Source of the DNA: Dehalococcoidia bacterium | GTDB lineage: Bacteria > Chloroflexota > Dehalococcoidia > Lucifugimonadales > UBA2985 | Length of the DNA stretch: 64,000 nucleotides | Direction: 5' to 3' | Assembly (NCBI GenBank): GCA_965218945.1 | Contig: OZ244718.1 | Span: 753,522 to 817,521 of the forward strand | Shown here: positions 54,465 through 64,000 of the stretch, in pieces | Layout: every line of letters starts with the position of its first letter | Position numbering within the stretch: position 1 is the stretch's first letter | Program-made: the position numbers and the translations under genes | Notes under the pieces: model-generated | Database searches by the model: none | The model's input: the letters and a program-made list of their open reading frames with translations, nothing else | What the model was told of the DNA's origin: nothing

Positions 54465-57233
54465 CTAGCTCATTGAGAACGTGGACCCCTGAAGGGTCTT
54501 GGTGACCTCAATGCGCACGGGGAAAGCCTCCTTCAACTCCTCTATGTGGGTTATGACCACAATCTTCTGAAAGTCGTTCTGGATGGCGTTTATGGCTTCC
54601 ACCAGCTTCTCCAGCCCGGCGGCGTCCTGGCTTCCGAATCCCTCGTCTATGAACAGCGTGGGCAGGGGAGCGCCCGACCGATGCGCCAGGAGCCTGGACA
54701 GGGCGATGCGCAGGGCGAAGTTAATGCGGAACGCCTCTCCGCCGCTGTAGTTCTCGTAGCTGCGGGTGCCCAGTTCGTCGGAGATCTTGATGTCCAGTGT
54801 CTCTATGGGGTCGCCACCGCTGCGCCTCTCGCGTTGGGTCTCCAGCTTGAGGCTCATACGATGGTCACTGACGCGTCCCAGGATGTCGTTGGCGTGGTTC
54901 TCCAACTCCGGGATGGCCTGCTCGATTAGCAAAGCCTGTATCCCGCCTTTGCCAAAGGCCGTCGATAGCTGGTCGTACACCCCTTTCTGGAATGAAGCAT
55001 CTGCCAGGGTGTTGCTGCACTCCTGCCGGCGAGTCTCCAGCTCAAGGCAGCGGTCCAGACGTGCCTGCATCTCGCCCAAGTCTCTCAAAAGCTGCTGCCT
55101 GCGGCCCCTGAGACTCTCCAGCCTGCTCCTGCTCTCCTGCAGAGAGTCCAGGATGCCGGACAGGGCGGAACCGGCCTGCCTGAGCGGGGGCATAGCGTCT
55201 TGTACATCTTTCATCCGTAAGCGGCTTGCTTCCAGCAGCGATTCCTCCGACTCCAGGGAAGCGGCCAACTGATCGACCAGAGCCCCGGCCGCCCTGGCTT
55301 CCTCCACGTTCCTTGTCAGGCTGTCCCGGCGCTCCTCTGCCAGGTTCTGCTCCCTGCGCCTGTCACCCTCTATCCCCTCCAGGTCTCTCTCCAGGCCGTT
55401 TCTTTCCGACTCCGCCTCATGGATGTCTGCTGCGTTCTGGCGGTACGAATCGAGGATGCCCGTCAGTGTTGAGACGGCCTCTCTCAGCGATGGCATATCG
55501 GCCTGGACCTCATTGAAGCGCCGGCGGCTTGCCGCAAGCAGCGACTCCTCGAACTCCAGGGAAGCGGCCAGCCTGGTCGCCTCTTCACCGGCTGCGTTGG
55601 CCTGCTCCAAGTCCCTGGTCAGGCTATCGCGGCGCTCCTGCGCCGCGAATTGATTCTGTCGCCTCTCGCTCTCCATCCTCACAAGGTCCTTTTCCAAACC
55701 CGACACCTCCGCCTCCGCCTTCTTGAGGGCTGCCTGGTTGTCTCGGTGGGCGTTGGCTTTATTCTCGCCCTGTGTGCGGTAGCTGGAGGCCAGGTGGAGG
55801 CAGCCTTCCGGGCCAAGGACGTTGTCGCACAATGGGCAGGTCGCGCCGACCCCGTTGGAGTCGCCGGTCTCCTCAAGAAGGTCCACCTTCACCCGCAAGT
55901 CGTCCATCTCTGTCCTCAGGCGGGCGTTCTCATTGCTCAAGTAGCGGGCTTCAGACTGAAGCTCCTGTATGCGTTCTCTGTGACTCTCGGCTTCCGCGGA
56001 TGGAGAGGCAAGCTCCTCCAGGCGAGCCACCGCCGAAACTAGCCCGGCTTCCAGCGAGGGCAACTCATTCGCCCTCGCTCGCAGCTCCTCGATGCGTTTT
56101 GCGTCTTTCACTATTCGTGACTCGCGCTCTTGTACCTCTTCTTGTGTGCGCTTCTCCTCCTGTTGCAGCCTATCCAACTCCTGCTGGAAGCCCTGGAGTC
56201 GCAGCTCCTCCTCCCTCAGAGAGGTGTTCGCCTCCCTGAGTTGGTTCGTCCTGGATTCAAGCTCCCGCATACGCTCTCCAAGGCTACCCGCTTCCTCAGA
56301 CGGAGCGGCAAGCTCCTCCAGCCGGCCCCTCACCTGGGCCAACTCGGCTTCCAGGGCGGTCAGCTGTGACGCCCTGGAGCGGACCTCCTCAAGCCGTTTC
56401 GACATATCCGCCGTCCTCGACTCACGCTCCTTGACCTCGTCAAGGATGCGCTTCTCATCCTGCTCCAGCCTCTCAAGCTCCTGTTGAAGCCCTTGAAGCC
56501 TACGGGCCTCTTCCTGTAGCGACTCCAGTTCAGCTTCCCAACCCCTGTCTTCGCGCTCTACGATGCGCATCTCTGACTGTATCTCTGCCAGTCGCGCCTC
56601 GTGTTCTTCCTTGTGGGAAAGCTCCCGGTCTATGCCTGCGATTTCGGCCTCAAGGCGCTCTGTCGTCCTTTCCTGTTCACGCGACTCTCCCCGGGCCTTC
56701 TCGGCCAAACGGTCGTACCAGGAGAGGTCCAGCACCTCACCAAGGACCTCCTTGCGCCTGGCTGCTCCACTGGTGGTGAACATATCGGCGCGGCCTTGGA
56801 GGATAAAGGCGCTGTTTACAAAGGTGTCGTAGTCCATGTGCAGGAGGGAGCGTATCTTCGCCTCCGTCTCTCTCACAGAGTTGCCGGTGAGAGGCTGAGG
56901 CCCGTTCTCCGTGTTGAAGAAAAGCTCCAGCACGGTTGCGCCCTGGCGTGACCTGGCGGAGCGGGCGTACCTTCTGGAGACCCTGTACCGGCCTTCGCCT
57001 GCCTGGAACTCCAGGTCGACCTGCATCTCGCTCTCTCCCTGGAAAATCAGGTCCTCCTGCACTCTGGCCCGGGAACTGCCCCACAAAACCCAGGTTATGG
57101 CGTCCAGCAGCGCCGACTTGCCGTGGCCGTTATCGCCGCACAGGCATGCCACGTGGACGCCCTCCAGGTCCAGCGTGGGGACGTTGTCGCGATAGGAGAG
57201 GAAATTCTTTACCGAAAGTCTGATTGGAATCAA
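54465..57233 (-). CDS. sbcC: SbcC/Rad50-like SMC-type ATPase with zinc hook
   Basis: TTG start. Walker A CGDNGHGKSALLDAI, central hook CPLC (55827-55838), signature YSGGEAFRINFALRIAL, Walker B LFIDEGFG, H-loop VITH. Long coiled coils with internal duplications. Confidence 0.85.
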   Translation of the reverse strand: MIPIRLSVKNFLSYRDNVPTLDLEGVHVACLCGDNGHGKSALLDAITWVLWGSSRARVQEDLIFQGESEMQVDLEFQAGEGRYRVSRRYARSARSRQGATVLELFFNTENGPQPLTGNSVRETEAKIRSLLHMDYDTFVNSAFILQGRADMFTTSGAARRKEVLGEVLDLSWYDRLAEKARGESREQERTTERLEAEIAGIDRELSHKEEHEARLAEIQSEMRIVEREDRGWEAELESLQEEARRLQGLQQELERLEQDEKRILDEVKERESRTADMSKRLEEVRSRASQLTALEAELAQVRGRLEELAAPSEEAGSLGERMRELESRTNQLREANTSLREEELRLQGFQQELDRLQQEEKRTQEEVQERESRIVKDAKRIEELRARANELPSLEAGLVSAVARLEELASPSAEAESHRERIQELQSEARYLSNENARLRTEMDDLRVKVDLLEETGDSNGVGATCPLCDNVLGPEGCLHLASSYRTQGENKANAHRDNQAALKKAEAEVSGLEKDLVRMESERRQNQFAAQERRDSLTRDLEQANAAGEEATRLAASLEFEESLLAASRRRFNEVQADMPSLREAVSTLTGILDSYRQNAADIHEAESERNGLERDLEGIEGDRRREQNLAEERRDSLTRNVEEARAAGALVDQLAASLESEESLLEASRLRMKDVQDAMPPLRQAGSALSGILDSLQESRSRLESLRGRRQQLLRDLGEMQARLDRCLELETRRQECSNTLADASFQKGVYDQLSTAFGKGGIQALLIEQAIPELENHANDILGRVSDHRMSLKLETQRERRSGGDPIETLDIKISDELGTRSYENYSGGEAFRINFALRIALSRLLAHRSGAPLPTLFIDEGFGSQDAAGLEKLVEAINAIQNDFQKIVVITHIEELKEAFPVRIEVTKTLQGSTFSMS

Positions 57234-57419
57234 AGCGCCTCTGACATTCCTGATTTGTCCTGGTAGTCGAGCGGGCTGCCGACCGCTCTCATCAGAGTAT
57301 CAGCACACAACGGGGATGTTTTGCAATAGCTTCTGCATTCGCCTTTGACGGATATCCGATGTGTCCTTAAACTTAGCGCATATCCCATCCATGTAACCAA
57401 GAGGGGAAGGTACAGCTCA

Positions 57420-58796
57420 ATGGACAAGCCGGGCGCCCTATCCGGAGAGGACGCAGCCCTCTTCACGGACCTGTACGAGCTGACTATGGCCCAAGGCTAC
57501 TTCCGGCAGGGCATGTCATCGCAGGCCACCTTCAGCCTCTTTGTGCGCCCCTCGCGGGTCAAGAGGTCGTACCTGGTTTCCGCGGGCCTGGAGGACGTGC
57601 TGCGATATCTGGAGGACTTCTCCTTTTCCGGCAGCGCCATCGACTACCTGCGCTCCACGAGCACGTTCACCGACGACTTTCTGGACTATCTGGGGAGCCT
57701 GCGCTTCACCGGGCGGGTGCGGGCTATCCCGGAGGGAAGGATCTACTTCCACAACGAGCCTGCGCTGGAGATAACCGCGCCCATCATCGAGGCGCAGATT
57801 ATAGAGACCCTGGTCATAAACCAGGTCAACCTCCAGAGCCTTATTGCAACCAAAGCGGCGCGTTGCCTGTGGGCCGGGCGCGGGAAGGCGTTGGTGGACT
57901 TCTCCCTGAGGCGCGCCCACGGCGTGGACGCCGGGATGAAGGCGGCCCGCAGCAGCTATATGGTGGGGTTCAGCTCCACCAGCAACGTTCTGGCGGGAAA
58001 GGCCTACGGGCTGCCCATAGCCGGCACCATGGCCCACTCCTTTGTGACCAGCTTTGAGCGGGAGATAGACGCCTTCAGGGCTTACGCCGAGAGCTTTCCA
58101 GACGACACAGTGCTTCTTCTGGACACCTACGACACCGTCGCAGCCGCGGCCAAGGCCGCTGAGGTGGGCCGCGAGATGGAGGCGCGTGGGCATCGTCTGC
58201 GGGCGGTGCGACTGGACAGCGGCGACCTTCTTGGGCTGAGCCGTGATGTGCGCCGTGTCCTGGACGAAGCCGGGCTGGACTACGTGAGGGTCCTGGTAAG
58301 CGGCGGCCTGGACGAGTTCCAGGTGGATGAGCTTGTGCAGGCCGGAGCGCCCATCGACGCCTTTGGCGTGGGCACTCGCATGGCCGTCTCCGGCGACGCT
58401 CCGTGGCTGGACATGGCCTACAAGCTGGTGAAGTACGCCGGTCGTCCCGTTCTCAAGCTCAGCACTGGCAAGGTCTCCCTGGCGGACGAGAAGCAGGTCT
58501 TCCGCCTCCGGGACGACGAAGGCCGGCTTAGGGGCGATGTTATCGGTCTGTCAGACGAGACGCCGCCCGAATCCGGGTCCGAGCCTCTGTTGGAGACCTT
58601 CATGGAGAACGGCGAAATGCTGGCTGCTCCGCCTGCGATTGAGGAGTTGAGGGAGCGATTCCGTATTGAGTTCGCCGCCCTTGACGATCGCTTCAAGGTG
58701 GTGAAAAACCCTGCGAAGTACCCGGTGAGGCTGAGCAGCAGGCTGCGCCGACTGCAAAGAGATTTGACTGCCCAACTGGAACAGGGCGGCAAGTGA
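57420..58796 (+). CDS. pncB: Nicotinate phosphoribosyltransferase
   Basis: ATG 57420 after agaGGGGAAGGt. LFTDLYELTMAQGYF, GTMAHSFV, VRLDSGD. Confidence 0.85.
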   Translation: MDKPGALSGEDAALFTDLYELTMAQGYFRQGMSSQATFSLFVRPSRVKRSYLVSAGLEDVLRYLEDFSFSGSAIDYLRSTSTFTDDFLDYLGSLRFTGRVRAIPEGRIYFHNEPALEITAPIIEAQIIETLVINQVNLQSLIATKAARCLWAGRGKALVDFSLRRAHGVDAGMKAARSSYMVGFSSTSNVLAGKAYGLPIAGTMAHSFVTSFEREIDAFRAYAESFPDDTVLLLDTYDTVAAAAKAAEVGREMEARGHRLRAVRLDSGDLLGLSRDVRRVLDEAGLDYVRVLVSGGLDEFQVDELVQAGAPIDAFGVGTRMAVSGDAPWLDMAYKLVKYAGRPVLKLSTGKVSLADEKQVFRLRDDEGRLRGDVIGLSDETPPESGSEPLLETFMENGEMLAAPPAIEELRERFRIEFAALDDRFKVVKNPAKYPVRLSSRLRRLQRDLTAQLEQGGK

Positions 58797-58835
58797 GGTG
58801 GTGGTGCGCTTGATGCTGGTCCTGGCGCGGCTAGT

Positions 58836-59324
58836 TCAGCCCAGCTCCACCTGCACACCGTATCGCACCCGGGTGTCCCGCGCCATCACTACGTCTACGA
58901 ATCCCTCCAGTCTCCACTCTATCCTGGCTACACTGACGCGAGGAGGAGACTGGGTATTGATGAAGAGGTCGACCTCGTACTGAACCGCCGTATCCCGTTG
59001 GAGCGTTGTTTTGCCCAGAAGAGGCACGCTGCTGTGCGCGTACGCCTCCCTTTCCTCCTTCTTGACCCTCTGCCGCAACAAGGGCGGGCTGACGTACACT
59101 TCTCCGGGTGTGCGGTGGGAGGACAGGCTGGGTCGGCCGGGCGACATGATCGTGTAGCTCATCACGAAATCCTCCTCGCACACCAGGTCCACCCGCGCCT
59201 CCCTTACGACAACGTCCCTTCTGGGCGCCAGCTCCACCAGAACGCGGATGGTCTCGCCCAGACTGTATGGGCGGTCGTCAAAGGTCAGGCTCATGTCCAG
59301 GGGGTATAATCTGCTCAGATCCAT
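58836..59324 (-). CDS. Hypothetical protein, possibly an arrestin/Spo0M-like beta-sandwich
   Basis: 162-aa ORF. YSLGETIRVLVELAPRRDVVVREARVDLVCEE is reminiscent of arrestin-N-like domains. Weak call. Confidence 0.35.
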   Translation of the reverse strand: MDLSRLYPLDMSLTFDDRPYSLGETIRVLVELAPRRDVVVREARVDLVCEEDFVMSYTIMSPGRPSLSSHRTPGEVYVSPPLLRQRVKKEEREAYAHSSVPLLGKTTLQRDTAVQYEVDLFINTQSPPRVSVARIEWRLEGFVDVVMARDTRVRYGVQVELG

Positions 59325-59394
59325 TCGCTCACTCTCTTCTCTCCGAGTAGTCTTGCCGGTTGCGTTTCCCAGAGACGGTGTCAGCGTTCATCTA

Positions 59395-59424
59395 TTGCAA
59401 CCTTTTGCTATGCTCTAGTATAGT
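59395..59424 (+). promoter_or_regulatory. Candidate sigma70-type promoter for argJ-argB
   Basis: -35 TTGCAA (59395-59400), 18-bp spacer, -10 TATAGT (59419-59424). Confidence 0.35.
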
Positions 59425-59468
59425 GTTATACTTCAAATCGTTCCAAGTGTGAAAGGGCAGTGTAGAAG

Positions 59469-60689
59469 TTGACTATTGAACTGAAATGGCTGGAAGAGGG
59501 CACCATCACATCACCCCGGGGTTTCTCTGCGGGAGCTACCTATGCTGGCATCAGGACCTACGCTGAAGACAAACTCGACTTGGGGGTTGTCTGCTCGGAG
59601 GTCCCGTGCAACTCGGCCGGCACATTCACCACCAACAAGTTGAGGTCGCCGTCCGTTGTCCTGAACGAGCAGCGGGTGTCCGCAGGGCGAGTCCAGGTCA
59701 TTGTCTGTAACAGCGGCGTCGCCAACGCCTGCGTCGGTGAGCAGGGGATGAAGGACGCCATTGAGATGGCCGCCCTGGCTGGACGTCACCTGGATTTGGA
59801 CCCAGAGTTGGTGCTTCCTTCGAGCACAGGCATGGTTGGCGTCGAACTGCCTATGGCCCTCATAAGCGGCGGCATGGGCAACATAGAGCTTACGCCCGAT
59901 GGCGGCCATGCTATGGCTCGCGCCATCCAGACAACAGACACGCGCTCCAAGGAGGGGGCCGTGTCCTTCACCGTCGGAGGGAACACCTACACCCTGGGAG
60001 GAATCGCCAAAGGCTCAGGCATGGTGCATCCCAACATGGCGACGATGCTGTCCTTCCTGGCGACGGACGCTCCGGTGGAAAGCTCCTTCCTCCGGGAGTC
60101 TCTGAAGCAGGCGGTTGACAAGTCCTTCAATATGATCACCATAGACGGCGACACCAGCACCAACGACAGCGTGATACTGCTGGCCAACGGCATGGCCGGC
60201 GGCGGCGAGATAGGACTACAGATAGGTGAGGTGGAGGACGCGTTCCAAAACGCTCTGGACGAGGTTTGTACCTTCCTGGCAAAGGAGATTGTCAGGGACG
60301 GCGAGGGCGCCAGCAAGCTTATAGAGGTTGTGGTGGACGGCGCGCTCAGCGATGCCGACGCCCGTATGGCGGCCCGTGCCGTAACCTCCTCTTCACTGGT
60401 GAAAAGCGCCGTACACGGAGGAGACCCCAACTGGGGGCGCATCATTGTTGCCCTGGGATACAGCGGCGCTCAGGTGGTCGAGGAGCGGATAGCCCTCTAC
60501 ATCGATGATGTGTGCATAATGGAAGAGGGGAGACCCATCCCGTTCTTCAAGGATGCCGTGGTTGCCACAATGAGAGGCAGCGAAATATCCATCCGCCTAA
60601 GCCTGAACATCGGAGACGCCACCGCCACGGCTTGGGGCTGCAACCTGAGCGAGGAATACGTAACCTTCAACAGCGCCTATACTACCTGA
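59469..60689 (+). CDS. argJ: Bifunctional glutamate N-acetyltransferase / amino-acid acetyltransferase
   Basis: TTG start. ITSPRGFSAGATYAGI, GIAKGSGMVHPNMATMLSF (autoprocessing T site), TIDGDTSTND. Confidence 0.9.
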   Translation: MTIELKWLEEGTITSPRGFSAGATYAGIRTYAEDKLDLGVVCSEVPCNSAGTFTTNKLRSPSVVLNEQRVSAGRVQVIVCNSGVANACVGEQGMKDAIEMAALAGRHLDLDPELVLPSSTGMVGVELPMALISGGMGNIELTPDGGHAMARAIQTTDTRSKEGAVSFTVGGNTYTLGGIAKGSGMVHPNMATMLSFLATDAPVESSFLRESLKQAVDKSFNMITIDGDTSTNDSVILLANGMAGGGEIGLQIGEVEDAFQNALDEVCTFLAKEIVRDGEGASKLIEVVVDGALSDADARMAARAVTSSSLVKSAVHGGDPNWGRIIVALGYSGAQVVEERIALYIDDVCIMEEGRPIPFFKDAVVATMRGSEISIRLSLNIGDATATAWGCNLSEEYVTFNSAYTT

Positions 60690-60722
60690 TACGGGCGGTC
60701 TTTGAATCTATAGCCGGCTTCA

Positions 60723-61538
60723 ATGTCTCTTATGGTAAACCAAAACACTGCTTCTACCCCTTCCCTGGTCGTCAAGATAGGCGGCAGCATCCTCGGAAAC
60801 GAGGATACTACGCTGGAAGACTTGGTCGCTCTTCAGAAGAGAGGCGCGACGCCTGTCGTGGTGCACGGTGGCGGTCAGGTCATCTCACAGTGGATGGAGA
60901 AGGTGGGAGCGCAGCCGCAGTTCGTCCGCGGCCTCCGGGTAACCGATGCGGCCAGTATGGAGATAGTGTCGGCGGTGCTGTGCGGCCTGGTGAACAAGGA
61001 CCTGGTGTCCTCCATACAGGCGCTGGGTGGCAAGGCTCTGGGTATGAGCGGTGTGGACGGCGCAATGCTTCAAGGCCGAATATTGGACCCTGATCTGGGA
61101 TTAGTTGGGCAGGTTGTTCAAGTGGACCCCGGTCCTATTCTCAGCGCCTTGGCCGGCGGGTATATACCCGTCATAGCGCCCGTTGCCGTTCACATCATGG
61201 ACTCCTCAGAGCACAGCGGCGCGCTTCTCAACGTTAACGGGGATACCGCCGCCGGGGAGATTGCCCGGGCGTTGAAGGCGGAGTTCATGGTCTTCCTCAC
61301 GGACGTTGAGGGAGTCCTCAACTCCGACCAGAGCCTCATTGGCAGTCTCACTACCGAAGAGGGTCAGGCGCTCATACAGTCCGGAACAGTCGTCGGCGGC
61401 ATGGTGCCGAAGATGGAGGCCTGCCTCCGCGCCCTGGAGGGTGTGAAGGTGGCCCAGATCTCGGACGGGAGAAAGAGCAGCGCGCTCCTGGACCTCATTG
61501 AAGGACGACCCTCGGGCACCAGGATAGGTCAGGCGTAA
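60723..61538 (+). CDS. argB: Acetylglutamate kinase
   Basis: VVKIGGSIL, VVVHGGGQVISQWM, LNVNGDTAAGEIA. Confidence 0.9.
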   Translation: MSLMVNQNTASTPSLVVKIGGSILGNEDTTLEDLVALQKRGATPVVVHGGGQVISQWMEKVGAQPQFVRGLRVTDAASMEIVSAVLCGLVNKDLVSSIQALGGKALGMSGVDGAMLQGRILDPDLGLVGQVVQVDPGPILSALAGGYIPVIAPVAVHIMDSSEHSGALLNVNGDTAAGEIARALKAEFMVFLTDVEGVLNSDQSLIGSLTTEEGQALIQSGTVVGGMVPKMEACLRALEGVKVAQISDGRKSSALLDLIEGRPSGTRIGQA

Positions 61539-64000
61539 TGGCCTTCTTCAGAGGCAACTCGGACGACGGCCCATTCGCATCCCAGGATGGCGGCGAAGAG
61601 TGGGTGCTTCCCCTTGACCCTCGTCCCCTGGTGAAATGGGCGATCATCTTAGGCGGACTGATTGCTCTCTTTGTGGTTGCCAATCTGCTCCGGCAGATAT
61701 ACACCGACTGGCTCTGGTTCGACAATCTGGACTACAACGCCGTTTACCTCAGGGTACTGACCACCAAGGTGTGGCTCTTCTTGACCGGGGCCATCGTCTT
61801 TACTCTAATCATGGTCCCCAACGTCGTGTTCGCCTACAGGACCTCCAAGGGTGAGCCAGGCATCCCCGTATCTCAGCAGGTGTACGATATCATCACCCAG
61901 CTATTCCGATGGGGCATAGCCCTGGCGGTATTTCTGCTGGCTATCGTATTCGGGTCTCTGGTAAGCGGGCAGTGGGAGACGCTGCTCCGGTTCATCAACG
62001 AGGTGTCATTTACCACGGTAGACCCGGCCTCCGGCCTGTCTGTTCCCGCCGAGGACCCGGTGTTTCACAAGAACGTGGGCTTCTACGTTTTCACCCTGCC
62101 TGTACACACCCTGGCGCAGGGATGGTTGCTGGGGGTCTTCATTGTAACGCTGGTTGGTTCAGCCGCCATATACATGCTGAACCTGAGCTTGCGGGGCGTC
62201 AACATCTCCACGGGAATCACCCCCAAGATGATAGCTCACGCCTCAATCCTGATAGGACTGCTGCTTCTGATAACTTCATGGAACAACTGGATAGAGATAC
62301 ACAAGCTCGTGTTCTCTCCCAGCGGCGCCATATTCGGCGCAGGATATACGGAGTTGAACGCTCGCCTGCCGGCTCTTCGCATCCTGCTGGTTATCAGCAT
62401 GGTCGCCGGTTTGTTGCTCCTGGCTAACTCCTACTTCCGGTCCACCAGGCTCATAGTGGGGTCTATAGGGCTTTGGGTGGCGGCAGCCATAATCGTCGGA
62501 AACGTCTATCCGGCTCTGGTGCAGCGGTTCCAGGTAAACCCCAACGAGCTGGAAAAGGAGCGCGAGTACATCCCCCGCAGTATTGATTTTACTCGCCAGG
62601 GGTTTGCTCTCGACCGCATAGAGGAGGACGACTACGACCTTGCCACCATCGCCACCGGAGACGAGGCCGGCGACCTGGCGCCTCTGACCGCCGAGATCGT
62701 GGCCGCCAATCCCGAGACCATAGACAACATCCGGTTGTGGGACCACAGGCCCCTCAGAAGTGTCTACAACCAGGTGCAGTTCTTCCGGACCTACTACAGG
62801 TTCGCCGACGTGGACGTGGACCGCTACAACATCGATGGGAAGATACGCCAGGTGATGTTGGGCGCCCGCGAGCTGTTCACGGAGGACCTGCCTGAGCAGT
62901 CCCAGTCATGGGTCAACAGTCGCCTCCAGTACACCCACGGCTTCGGCGTAGCCATCAGCCCTACAACGGAGTTCACTACTGAAGGGCGGCCGGAGTTCTT
63001 CGTAAAGGACATTCCACCGGGTCCGGGTAAGGAGTCCCTTGCCGGAGTTGTCCCTGAGGTGACGCAGCCCCAGATATACTATGGAGAGAATAGCGTCAAC
63101 TACGTAATCGTCAATTCCCTGGAGCCGGAGTTCGACTACCCCGCCATTGATACCGATTCACCTATCCGCACCAGCTACGCCGGCGAAGGCGGGATACACA
63201 TAAGCTCACTGCTGCGCCGTATGGCCTACGCTTGGGAGTTCGCGGACGTCAACATTCTCATCAGCGGCGCTCTGGGCCCGGACAGCCGCATCCAGTACCG
63301 TCGCGAGATACATGACAGGGTCAGTGAGGTAGCGCCCTTCCTGATGCTGGACGAGGACCCCTACATGGTCGTAGCGGAGGGCAAGCTGTGGTGGATACAG
63401 GACGCTTACACTACCACCAGCCAGTACCCGTATTCGGATCCCTTTCAAGATGAGTTCAACTACATTCGTAACAGCGTCAAGGTGGTCGTAGACGCCTACA
63501 ACGGGGACATGGACTTCTACATATTCGACGAAGAAGACGCGATTGTTCGCACCTATGCGAAGGTGTTCCCAGAGCTCTTCAAACCCAAGGAGGAGATGCT
63601 GGATTCCCTCCGATCCCACATTCGCTATCCGGAGGACTTCTTCTCCATCCAGGCGGAGAAGTACCTTCTGTACCATATGCGAGACACCATAGACTTCTAC
63701 AACCGCGAGGACCCTTGGAGCGTGCCTCGTGAGCTGTTCGCCGCGACGGAGCAGCCAATGGAGCCTTACTACGTCATTATGAAACTCCCCGGCGAGGAGA
63801 AGGAGGAGTTCGTTATGCTCCTTCCCTTCACCCCACGGGACAAACCCAACCAGGTTGCGTGGCTGGCTGCCCGTAGCGACGACGACAAGGGCCAGTATGG
63901 CACACTGAAATCCTTCCTCTTCCCCAAGGGCACGCAGGTGGACGGCCCTGAGCAGATTGAGGCCCGCATCGACAACGACTTTACCATCAAGCAGCAGTTC
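61538..64000 (+). CDS. UPF0182-family large membrane protein, C-terminus beyond window
   Basis: Not in the track (no stop in window). The ATG overlaps the argB stop (TAATG). MAFFRGNSDD...QIYTDWLWFDNLDYNAVYLRVLTTKVWLF. In frame through nt 64000 (...QIEARIDNDFTIKQQF). Confidence 0.8.
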   Translation, partial: MAFFRGNSDDGPFASQDGGEEWVLPLDPRPLVKWAIILGGLIALFVVANLLRQIYTDWLWFDNLDYNAVYLRVLTTKVWLFLTGAIVFTLIMVPNVVFAYRTSKGEPGIPVSQQVYDIITQLFRWGIALAVFLLAIVFGSLVSGQWETLLRFINEVSFTTVDPASGLSVPAEDPVFHKNVGFYVFTLPVHTLAQGWLLGVFIVTLVGSAAIYMLNLSLRGVNISTGITPKMIAHASILIGLLLLITSWNNWIEIHKLVFSPSGAIFGAGYTELNARLPALRILLVISMVAGLLLLANSYFRSTRLIVGSIGLWVAAAIIVGNVYPALVQRFQVNPNELEKEREYIPRSIDFTRQGFALDRIEEDDYDLATIATGDEAGDLAPLTAEIVAANPETIDNIRLWDHRPLRSVYNQVQFFRTYYRFADVDVDRYNIDGKIRQVMLGARELFTEDLPEQSQSWVNSRLQYTHGFGVAISPTTEFTTEGRPEFFVKDIPPGPGKESLAGVVPEVTQPQIYYGENSVNYVIVNSLEPEFDYPAIDTDSPIRTSYAGEGGIHISSLLRRMAYAWEFADVNILISGALGPDSRIQYRREIHDRVSEVAPFLMLDEDPYMVVAEGKLWWIQDAYTTTSQYPYSDPFQDEFNYIRNSVKVVVDAYNGDMDFYIFDEEDAIVRTYAKVFPELFKPKEEMLDSLRSHIRYPEDFFSIQAEKYLLYHMRDTIDFYNREDPWSVPRELFAATEQPMEPYYVIMKLPGEEKEEFVMLLPFTPRDKPNQVAWLAARSDDDKGQYGTLKSFLFPKGTQVDGPEQIEARIDNDFTIKQQF

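Noticed and set aside
57230-57466. 78-aa minus-strand ORF between sbcC and pncB
   Set aside because: It overlaps the pncB start and its RBS, has no RBS of its own and no recognisable motif. It most likely lies in a non-coding divergent promoter region.

Overview
A 64-kb, high-GC (about 57-70% in spot counts) bacterial chromosomal segment. The gene content suggests Chloroflexota (many family III CoA-transferase paralogs, UPF0182, ArgJ), but that is a guess. All protein family calls rest on motif recognition by eye; no searches were run. Most of the window is housekeeping: Lhr helicase; msrB; a 2-oxoacid (pyruvate-type) dehydrogenase operon lpdA-pdhA-pdhB-pdhC; tRNA-Ser(GCU)-miaB; nadA/nadC; the conserved rpsB-tsf-pyrH-frr-uppS cluster; purine salvage (ade, hpt); pncB; argJ-argB; and a UPF0182 membrane protein running off the right edge. 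Accessory content includes one intact IS1182-family element with 28-bp inverted repeats and a six-gene minus-strand operon (marR, four tandem MFS paralogs, ABC exporter). There are also several toxin-antitoxin remnants or modules: an orphan HicB-like gene, DUF433 with a truncated DUF5615-like toxin, RelE with two antitoxin paralogs splitting nadA/nadC, and Doc/Phd. An SbcC/Rad50-like ATPase has no SbcD but is followed by a frameshifted DUF429 nuclease-like gene. The two best candidates for something undescribed are as follows. (1) A low-GC islet (about 28.17-30.39 kb) encodes an unrecognisable Q-rich protein translationally linked to a divergent ParB/Srx-fold protein (GERRWRAA box), with no ParA and a perfect 20-bp palindrome upstream. 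(2) A 3 x 426-bp tandem array of PaREP1/HEPN-like genes keeps an Rx4H motif, has no MNT partner, and one copy carries a sharply mosaic divergent central cassette. No CRISPR array, rRNA, integrase or recognisable prophage was seen. Many long ORFs in the supplied track are antisense shadow ORFs typical of high-GC DNA and were not called.
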